DNA from: an uncultured Ignavibacteriaceae bacterium
Lineage (GTDB): Bacteria; Zixibacteria; MSB-5A5; GN15; PGXB01
Length of the DNA stretch: 64,000 bases
Reading direction: 5' to 3'
Assembly (NCBI GenBank): GCA_964459465.1
Contig: CAYWLR010000001.1
Span: 35,866-99,865 of the forward strand
A program made the translations under genes and the position numbers. The notes under the pieces were generated by a model, which did no database searches, was not told the DNA's origin, and saw only the letters and a list, made by a program, of their open reading frames with translations. Of this stretch, positions 8,544 to 15,226 are shown in pieces; positions within the stretch are counted from its first letter, which is position 1; every line of letters starts with the position of its first letter.

Positions 8544-9251
8544 TTACTTGCCGCTGGGGGGATCGGGAATGCCGGGCAAATCGGCTGTTCCACCGCCGTC
8601 ATCGCCGCCACCGCCGCCGAGAGCCACCGCCGCGACCGCAATCAAACCGACCCCTCCGGCAATAGCCCACCAGTTGGAATACCAGGCTTTCTTCTTCTTT
8701 TCTTCAGTCTTTTTTGGCGGAATAGTAGCTACGGCCGGCTTTTTTTCTTCCGGTTTGGGCTGTTCAACCACGACCGGTATCGGCTCGGTTGGAGCGGGTT
8801 CTTCGACCGTCGCTTCCTCGGCCGCTTCGCTGTCGACCCGTTCCTTGGCGCTTTCCATCAAATCCAGAAACTCCCCGGACTTGATATCCAGCTCGCCGCG
8901 CCATTCGCGATAGGCTTTGAAGGCCTTGACGAATTCTTCAGTCACCCTGTCGCGCTTTTCGGTGTCGTTTTTGAGCATGGCATAATACACTGAAGCCATC
9001 AGGACGTGCGCGTTGGCCTTGTCTTCGATACTTACGTCTGCCCTGGCCAGATAGGCGTTCAGTTCTTCTTCGGCGCATTTGTAGTTGAGCATCTTGAAGC
9101 TGGTGCGGGCATGCTCAACCGAAGGTTTATTCGGGTCGAAATCGCAGCCTCCGGACTGGGCAAAAACTAATGACGGCAGCATTGTCCATTGCAAAAAAGC
9201 CGTCAGAACGGTCACCGCGACTACCCGAAAAAGAAGGTTTTTTTGTTTCAT
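8544..9251 (-). CDS. Exported helical (TPR-like) protein with Pro/Glu/Lys-rich linker and C-terminal membrane anchor
   Basis: Signal peptide, helical domain, linker EPAPTEPIPVVVEQPKPEEKKPAVATIPPKKTEEKKKK, then TM WWAIAGGVGLIAVAAVALGG and a Gly/Asp tail. GGGAGG SD upstream. Confidence 0.7.
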   Translation of the reverse strand: MKQKNLLFRVVAVTVLTAFLQWTMLPSLVFAQSGGCDFDPNKPSVEHARTSFKMLNYKCAEEELNAYLARADVSIEDKANAHVLMASVYYAMLKNDTEKRDRVTEEFVKAFKAYREWRGELDIKSGEFLDLMESAKERVDSEAAEEATVEEPAPTEPIPVVVEQPKPEEKKPAVATIPPKKTEEKKKKAWYSNWWAIAGGVGLIAVAAVALGGGGGDDGGGTADLPGIPDPPSGK

Positions 9252-9287
9252 GCAACCTCCCTGGGTTATGAAGTTAGTTTGAGAAGT

Positions 9288-10961
9288 TTACTTTTCGGAC
9301 CAGAATATAATCAGGGGAACCGAGGTTCCTCCCTCTTTGGCTATTCTGGCAAAATCCATTTTACCCGATGCGCCCTTGATTACCAGATGCGGGCCGCCGC
9401 CGTAGGGGAAAGTCACGCAGGAGTCGATCTTGTGGGCGTTCGCCTTCGCGCCGGTCGGATAAAGGCTGACGCCAACCTCCCATTCGCCGGCGGCTCGTTT
9501 TAGGCCGAAGGCCGGGAAGCTGGTGAAATTGCGCGAGCGCCCGTTCAGCGAAAATTCCAGAGTTTTGCCGTCGGCCGAGGGGAACAGGGCCAGTTGAAAA
9601 TCAAGCAGGGCGGTTTCGGCAAAGGCATCATCGAGGTTTAAAGTCACTATATTTGTATCTTCGGTCAGATTAACGCGTTTACGATATATCGGGTAATCCC
9701 GATGAGTTACTTCGAAATCATGCTGTCCCCGGCTCGTGATGACATACTCGTTCTGGGGCTTAATCAAGCCATCGACTCTCAAGACCGCGTTTTCGCCGGG
9801 CGCTATCAGCGCCTTAAAGACCGGGCGCGGGGGAGGGGTCGGTTCGACGCGCGGCTTGGGTTCTTCCACTTTGGCGGCGACATCGACCGGTTTGACAGCC
9901 GGTTTGGGCGGAGTCGCCTCCTTTTTTATTTCGGCGGCGATGACGCTCGTGTCTGGGGCGGTTATATCGGATTTGGCCGGAGCAACAGCTTCTTTGGTAG
10001 TCGAGATTTCAGCGGGTCGATTGAATAATTCGATAATCTTATCTTTGGCAAAAAAGCCGACTACGCCTAGGACCGCAACCGCTATTACCGGAACCAGCCA
10101 TTTGGCTTTGGTCGGTTTGGCATAGACGGTGCGTAACTCCATCAGATCCTGGTGCAGAGCCTTGACCGAGGCATAACGCATTTGGGGGTCAGGATGGGTC
10201 GCTCTTTTAAGGATTTTAATCAGGTCGTTGGACAATCCCTCGACACTCATGCCGCCCCATTCCCGGATGCTGGGATTGGCCGGGTTACGATACGGCATGC
10301 TGTTGGTGACAAAATTAAATAAAGTTACTCCGAGTTCATAAACGTCGCTTAAGAACGGGTCATATTTGGCGTCACCGGTCTGGCGTTCGGGGGCGGCGAA
10401 TTGCGGGGTAAGCGCCTGGTATGCGGTGCGGGTAGCGGCTTCGCCCACTTCCTTGGCGATACCGAAGTCAATCAGGTAGATATGGCCGTTTTTATCGATA
10501 AGAATATTGCCCGGTTTAATATCGCGATGGGCAACACGCTGGCTGTGGGCGAATTCCAGCGCTCCGGTCAAATCGCGGGCCAGGCGCAAAAAATCGGCTT
10601 CACCCAGCGGCCCGGATTCCCGAAGCACCTGCGCCCCGTCTTTGCCGTCGATAAACGGCACTACCAGAGCCCCTTCTTCGGGCAAAAAATCAATAACGCG
10701 GCAGATATGCGGGTGGTCCAGAAGGCACAGGATTTTGGCTTCCTTGGCGAATTTATCGCGGGATTGGACGCGCTTGAAAAATTTTATGACCAGCCTTTGT
10801 TCCGGCAGATTGATATTGAAACCTTCGTAAACCTCGCCGAATCCGCCGCCACCGATATGCTTGGTGACCTTGTACTTGCCACCGATTTGCCAGCCGATAA
10901 TCCCCAGCGGGTCACGGTTGTTGTCGTTTAAATCGGATTGCTCAAACGTATCGTCGTTCAA
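9288..10961 (-). CDS. Hanks-type Ser/Thr protein kinase with one TM helix and an extracytoplasmic PEGA-like domain
   Basis: GGGGFGEVY..VIK, HRDIKPGNILID, DFGIAKE and APE motifs. TM helix WLVPVIAVAVLGVVGFF, a Pro-rich spacer and APGENAVLRVDG (PEGA-like). TTG start with GGAAAGG SD. Confidence 0.9.
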   Translation of the reverse strand: MNDDTFEQSDLNDNNRDPLGIIGWQIGGKYKVTKHIGGGGFGEVYEGFNINLPEQRLVIKFFKRVQSRDKFAKEAKILCLLDHPHICRVIDFLPEEGALVVPFIDGKDGAQVLRESGPLGEADFLRLARDLTGALEFAHSQRVAHRDIKPGNILIDKNGHIYLIDFGIAKEVGEAATRTAYQALTPQFAAPERQTGDAKYDPFLSDVYELGVTLFNFVTNSMPYRNPANPSIREWGGMSVEGLSNDLIKILKRATHPDPQMRYASVKALHQDLMELRTVYAKPTKAKWLVPVIAVAVLGVVGFFAKDKIIELFNRPAEISTTKEAVAPAKSDITAPDTSVIAAEIKKEATPPKPAVKPVDVAAKVEEPKPRVEPTPPPRPVFKALIAPGENAVLRVDGLIKPQNEYVITSRGQHDFEVTHRDYPIYRKRVNLTEDTNIVTLNLDDAFAETALLDFQLALFPSADGKTLEFSLNGRSRNFTSFPAFGLKRAAGEWEVGVSLYPTGAKANAHKIDSCVTFPYGGGPHLVIKGASGKMDFARIAKEGGTSVPLIIFWSEK

Positions 10962-11152
10962 TGATCAACCTTTCCGGTCTATGCAATTATAAAGGGCATT
11001 GCAGTAATTCCGAATTTCGCGCTGTGTTCAATTGTCCTGTGATATTTGGTCCATCCCTTTTTTACCAAAACCGCCTTTGGATACCTCCCTTTAAAGTCGG
11101 TTGATTATTATATTCTGCGCGACAGGCTTTGTCAATGTTAAACAAAATCAAA

Positions 11153-11174
11153 AGGCGGGTCTTTCGACCCGCCT
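11153..11174 (-). terminator. Intrinsic terminator after CDS 11213-12484
   Basis: AGGCGGGTC-tttc-GACCCGCCT hairpin, followed by a T-rich tract on the minus strand. Confidence 0.6.
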
Positions 11175-11212
11175 TTAATGTGAATAAAAAATCGAGATTT
11201 TCAGGTTTTCAC

Positions 11213-12484
11213 CTAAAAAGTCATCTTCCGGCTGTCGAGCAATACCGTCGGTTCTTCGCCATACAATTCAAGAAAATATGTGCCCGGTGCTACGGCGGCC
11301 ACGACCGCCTGAATTTCAAAATAACACATGCAATAAACATACCGGTTGGAAACGTTGAATTCAAAAAAGCGCAGGGTGTCGTTGGATTGGCTGATAGCTA
11401 CCACCAGATCCGCCGCACAATTAAACCAGGCGTCATAGTGGGTCATGGTCAGAACACCGTTATCGTAAATATATTCGACATTCGCGGCAAGCTTGTCCGG
11501 GGTTTTCTCGAGACAGCCGCTGTCGTCAAAACTTTGCAACCAGCCTTCTCCTCCGACCGTAATCTCGCCGGAATAAATTTCCTCGCCATAGATATCGAGC
11601 ACCCGCAGTATATATGAGCCTTCCTCAAGACCATAAAGCGTCGACTTGAGATTGAAATAGCAAATACAATCGGCGGGCATACCGGTATCGGCTTCGGCGG
11701 CGATAATCAGACCATCCATTACCGTATAATCGACCACATAGGCCAGGCCGCAGTTGTAGAAGGCATTTATGTGATAAATGGTCAAATCATGACCGACCAC
11801 CTGAACAAAAACGGAATCATCGTCCGATGAATCTTTTGTCCAGGCGCAGTCCGATTGCTCTTCCGAATGTTGAGGAACCGTCCCGCCGACCACGATGGCC
11901 GTGTCAATCCCGACCGTCTGGCCCTGAAGCCCGATCAGAATAACGACATAAGTGCCCGGCATCATGTCATAGATGATCGACTCCAGGTTGAAATAACACA
12001 GGCAGTCGCATTCGGGAATAGTGTCAAGCTGCTTGACAATAATCGTGTCGTTGTTAATGCTGTTGGTGGTGGCATAACCCAGACAGCAGTCATAATAGGC
12101 GCTGTCGTGGTGAACGTGAATGTCGAAGCCGATCACTTCGACATACATGGTGTCGTCGGCGTAATCTTTTCCTTCAAGACACCCGCTGTGGTAGTTGTCG
12201 CACGGCAGGCCGCACCATAAATCGCCGCGCCCGTCATACAAATTCGCGATCAGCCTTAATATGTCGAGCAGGTTGATGTCGCCATCGTTGTTGACGTCGG
12301 CCATTTCCTCATTAATCAGCATGCCATTGGGAATATATATGTTTTCAATAATGGCCAGGATGTCCAGCAGGTTGACACCGCCGTCCCGGTTGGCATCGCC
12401 GCAAATGTAATTGGGTTGAGAGGAGTACGAGGTGAGGGGAAGGGCAATCAGAATTGCCGCCAAAAGAAAAAAGAACTTTTTCAT
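11213..12484 (-). CDS. Secreted protein: N-terminal dockerin-like module plus three tandem Cys-rich repeats (unknown family)
   Basis: Signal peptide, dockerin-like module at aa 28-91, then three repeats with an exact 111-aa period. Each repeat has H-x2-A-[YFW]-[YF]-[ND]-C and C-x-C-Y-F motifs. Confidence 0.8.
   Translation of the reverse strand: MKKFFFLLAAILIALPLTSYSSQPNYICGDANRDGGVNLLDILAIIENIYIPNGMLINEEMADVNNDGDINLLDILRLIANLYDGRGDLWCGLPCDNYHSGCLEGKDYADDTMYVEVIGFDIHVHHDSAYYDCCLGYATTNSINNDTIIVKQLDTIPECDCLCYFNLESIIYDMMPGTYVVILIGLQGQTVGIDTAIVVGGTVPQHSEEQSDCAWTKDSSDDDSVFVQVVGHDLTIYHINAFYNCGLAYVVDYTVMDGLIIAAEADTGMPADCICYFNLKSTLYGLEEGSYILRVLDIYGEEIYSGEITVGGEGWLQSFDDSGCLEKTPDKLAANVEYIYDNGVLTMTHYDAWFNCAADLVVAISQSNDTLRFFEFNVSNRYVYCMCYFEIQAVVAAVAPGTYFLELYGEEPTVLLDSRKMTF
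11216..12181 (-). repeat. Three in-frame tandem protein repeats (about 11849-12181, 11516-11848 and 11216-11515)
   Basis: The repeat-initial Cys residues C102, C213 and C324 are spaced exactly 111 aa apart. Conserved blocks: VEVIGFDIHVHHDSAYYDCC / VQVVGHDLTIYHINAFYNCG / NGVLTMTHYDAWFNCA, and CDCLCYFNL / CICYFNL / CMCYFEI. Confidence 0.75.
12212..12403 (-). other. Dockerin-like twin EF-hand module (N-terminal position)
   Basis: CGDANRDGGVNLLDILAIIENIYIPNGMLINEEMADVNNDGDINLLDILRLIANLYDGRGDLWC. Confidence 0.8.
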
Positions 12485-12679
12485 GATCCCTCCTTGGGAT
12501 ATCCATAAAATTATCGCGCCCGATAATTTGGCGGAGATAGATATAATGGGCGACCTTTTTATCTACTATAAATGTACCGGGTTAACGTGAATCTGTCAAG
12601 TTTTTAATCGCCCAATCAGGACAATACCAATCCCGAATCATTCAAAGGTGCAAAGAAACACCTTAGGTGCATAGCATAA

Positions 12680-12699
12680 AGGGAGGCAGAAACCTCCCT
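12680..12699 (-). terminator. Hairpin terminator after CDS 12722-14752
   Basis: AGGGAGG-cagaaa-CCTCCCT flanked by T/A runs on both sides. Confidence 0.5.
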
Positions 12700-12721
12700 T
12701 TATTTATCTTATTCTATCAAC

Positions 12722-14752
12722 TTATGGACAAACGGGGTCGGGGCCGGGCGGGACACCATAAATGTTGTCAATCAGGTATAAAATATCCAGAAGATTGATA
12801 TCGCCGTCATTATTCATATCGCCCGCCTGCATCACCGGATACGGCTGCGGCCCGTCGCTGTACAAAAAGGCAATCAGGTACAGAATATCGATAAGATTCT
12901 TAAACCCGTCGCCATTGGCGTCGCCGCACATGTACTCACAGGCATCGCCGATACCGTCACCATCGCCGTCTTCCTGCAATGGATTATAATTGAACGGGCA
13001 GTTATCGTCGATGTCGAGTATCCCGTCGTCATCGTCATCATCGTCACAAACGTCGCCCAGCAGGTCGCCATCGTTGTCGGCTTGGTTGGGGTTATAGTCG
13101 TTCGGGCAGTTATCGCAGGCGTCGCCGATCCCGTCGCCGTCAACATCAGCCTGTGACGGATTGGCCAGTCCGGGGCAATTGTCCACGTCGTTGCAGATAC
13201 CGTCGCCGTCGGGGTCGTTTTCGGGATCATTGGGGCACAGATCACAGACATTGCCGATGCCGTCACCGTCGCTGTCGAGCTGATCGACGTTGGCATCGTT
13301 CGGGCAATTATCACAGACGTTGCCGACACCGTCACCGTCGGCGTCAGCCTGATCGGCATTAGGCATATCGGGGCAGTTGTCACAGGCATCGGACAGCCCG
13401 TCTCCGTCACTGTCGGCCGGCTCCAGATATTCGAGCGCGATTTCGTTTTCGGTCGTCCCGTCGACCTGATAGGCCGCTTTTTGGCCGCCGTTGGCGATGG
13501 CAGAATTGCGGTACTCGGAAAGTACGGATTCATGGAATTGCGACACCTGGATTGCTTCCGACCAGGTAACACCGGCGTTGCAGGTATAGGCTGCATACAG
13601 GGCGTCGCCTTTCGTAAACGTGCAGACATATTCCGCTCCGCCGACATGGGCGAGCCGGGGGTGGCATTCGGCTTCAGATGTGGCGGCGACAATCGAGAAA
13701 CCCTCAAAATCGGTGAAGGCCGGATTAGTGGTGTACCAACAGATAATATCGGTGTCGGTCGGATCCGATGCATTATACGCCGAGCCAACCACCAATATGG
13801 TGCTGTCGTAGGCGGCGATATCCGGCTCGACTATGTTCATATCGGGGTCGGTGAAGGCCTTGACGAAATACACGCCGTCTTCGGTCCAGTCCCCGAAATT
13901 ATGATTTAAAGCAAACAGCTCCCATTGATCGGTGGCATCATTGTAGCGGTCATAGACCGAAAGCGCCCATCCGGCGACACGATCGATTGTGGCGGCGGTC
14001 GTGGCACAACCCTCATAGTCTTTATACCAGCTTATATAGGTATAGCCGGTGCTGTTGATTTGATAGAATATTATCGGAATATCATCATAAACCGACGGCG
14101 GCGCATTACGGCTGATGACCGCCGAAATAAAACCCCAGTTCCAGGATTGCTGGCCGTCATCGGAAGCGATGTCGGTCATTTTCATATTATAAAATCCGGA
14201 TTCCGTCCAGACGGCATAACTTCCACTCCACGTCGTGGGCGTGGTCGGGTCGGGGAAACGAAGCAGAACAAAGGTCCCGCCGCCGCCCCATGACAGCGGG
14301 GGCAGGAAAGTCCCGTTCATATAAGACCCATAGCCGCGCCAGTCAACGGACGGGTATTTGGCGCCGGCCAGATCGTGATAACAGCACGTTGACCAGTTGG
14401 CGCCGTTATCGGTCGAATAATGCCAGAATACATAGCCGGGATAAACCCCGTCAGTATATTCGTAGCCAAAAATAACAGTGTCGTTGAAGGCGTCGCCCAG
14501 GGCGGGATGGTATCTGCCGGGAGCAGATGGCTTTTTATTCTCCCATGACGGGAAAAATTCCTGTGGCATGTCGATCAGGGGAGAAGGCGATTGCAATCGC
14601 TCTTCAACCAGTGGCGGCTTGGAAGAATGGCTTTCAAAATTATAACTTTTGGCATCCGGGATTTCGCGATCAATTAAAGTTAAATCGTCGGCCATGATGT
14701 TAATCGATAAAAGCAACAGACCGGCAAGCAAAATAACGGTATGGCGGGTCAT
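12722..14752 (-). CDS. Secreted BNR/Asp-box-containing protein with thrombospondin type-3 repeats and C-terminal dockerin-like module
   Basis: Signal peptide, Asp-box STDNGANW, about seven D-x-D-G-D-G-x-x-D-x-C-D-N-C-P repeats and a C-terminal twin dockerin-like repeat. Confidence 0.85.
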   Translation of the reverse strand: MTRHTVILLAGLLLLSINIMADDLTLIDREIPDAKSYNFESHSSKPPLVEERLQSPSPLIDMPQEFFPSWENKKPSAPGRYHPALGDAFNDTVIFGYEYTDGVYPGYVFWHYSTDNGANWSTCCYHDLAGAKYPSVDWRGYGSYMNGTFLPPLSWGGGGTFVLLRFPDPTTPTTWSGSYAVWTESGFYNMKMTDIASDDGQQSWNWGFISAVISRNAPPSVYDDIPIIFYQINSTGYTYISWYKDYEGCATTAATIDRVAGWALSVYDRYNDATDQWELFALNHNFGDWTEDGVYFVKAFTDPDMNIVEPDIAAYDSTILVVGSAYNASDPTDTDIICWYTTNPAFTDFEGFSIVAATSEAECHPRLAHVGGAEYVCTFTKGDALYAAYTCNAGVTWSEAIQVSQFHESVLSEYRNSAIANGGQKAAYQVDGTTENEIALEYLEPADSDGDGLSDACDNCPDMPNADQADADGDGVGNVCDNCPNDANVDQLDSDGDGIGNVCDLCPNDPENDPDGDGICNDVDNCPGLANPSQADVDGDGIGDACDNCPNDYNPNQADNDGDLLGDVCDDDDDDDGILDIDDNCPFNYNPLQEDGDGDGIGDACEYMCGDANGDGFKNLIDILYLIAFLYSDGPQPYPVMQAGDMNNDGDINLLDILYLIDNIYGVPPGPDPVCP
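12725..12928 (-). other. Dockerin-like twin EF-hand module (C-terminal)
   Basis: CGDANGDGFKNLIDILYLIAFLYSDGPQPYPVMQAGDMNNDGDINLLDILYLIDNIYGVPPGPDPVCP. Confidence 0.8.
12945..13410 (-). repeat. Coding tandem repeats: about 7 thrombospondin type-3-like Ca-binding repeats
   Basis: DSDGDGLSDACDNCP / DADGDGVGNVCDNCP / DSDGDGIGNVCDLCP / DPDGDGICNDVDNCP / DVDGDGIGDACDNCP / DNDGDLLGDVCD..DNCP / DGDGDGIGDACE. Confidence 0.8.
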
Positions 14753-14932
14753 AAGGAAACCTCCGTGTATAAGGGCCTTGTCGCAAAACCATGATGACAG
14801 GCAATTATGCGATACATTTATAAGATAAGATTTGGAGCCGGGCTGTCAACGATAATGATTGAAGACTTTGCTGATCGAGTCAATCATAAAAAGCCCGAAG
14901 GCATATTGTGACAATGGATTATAAATTTTTTA

Positions 14933-14960
14933 TTGACAATGCCGAATATGAAGATATATT
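14933..14960 (+). promoter_or_regulatory. Possible sigma70-type promoter TTGACA-N16-TATATT
   Basis: ttgaca at 14933-14938 and tatatt at 14955-14960, about 75 nt upstream of the small ORF. Confidence 0.35.
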
Positions 14961-15033
14961 TGCAACATATTTAAGGCCAAACCGTATATTAGAAAAATGC
15001 TGATTTAACCCTTAACCGACGCGAGGAAGTTTA

Positions 15034-15120
15034 ATGCTGAAAAGCCAAACTAATTTTCTGCTGACTACGATCATCGTAGGCCTCGGTATCTGCGGCGGTG
15101 GAGGGAAATCTGCATTGTGA
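15034..15120 (+). CDS. Small ORF (28 codons), candidate leader peptide or micro-membrane protein
   Basis: ATG preceded by GAGGAAG. Encodes MLKSQTNFLLTTIIVGLGICGGGGKSAL. The stop codon sits inside a small hairpin and is followed by an intrinsic terminator. Confidence 0.4.
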   Translation: MLKSQTNFLLTTIIVGLGICGGGGKSAL

Positions 15121-15141
15121 AAATATTCACAAAGCTTTTGA

Positions 15142-15177
15142 GCCCGCCGCAACCGGAAAGTTCGGCGGGTTTTTTTA
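15142..15177 (+). terminator. Intrinsic terminator or attenuator between the small ORF and the ABC exporter genes
   Basis: GCCCGCCG (15142-15149) pairs with CGGCGGGT (15163-15170), with extra AAC/GTT pairing inside, followed by a 7-nt T-run (15171-15177). Confidence 0.75.
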
Positions 15178-15226
15178 TTCCCGTCGACGCGAACCGAAAA
15201 CGAAATTTGAATGAAAGTTGATTGCC

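Noticed and set aside
12945-13410. Highly periodic GAC/GGC-rich DNA that at first looks like a tandem repeat or CRISPR-like array.
   Set aside because: The periodicity is in-frame and encodes thrombospondin type-3 repeats. The units are not identical and there is no repeat-spacer structure.
12874-13788. A 304-aa ORF in another minus-strand frame inside CDS 12722-14752, rich in Thr, Pro, Ala and Arg.
   Set aside because: It overlaps the TSP3 and dockerin coding region, where GAY/GGC-rich repeats keep alternative frames open. It has no motifs, start context or signal. The main frame has unmistakable domain signatures.
15034-15120. Reading the small ORF as a double-glycine bacteriocin or RiPP precursor exported by the downstream ABC transporters (the peptide contains GGGG).
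   Set aside because: Neither ABC protein has an N-terminal C39 peptidase domain. A strong terminator separates the sORF from the transporters. The Gly run lies near the C-terminus rather than at a leader-core junction, and there are no modification enzymes nearby.
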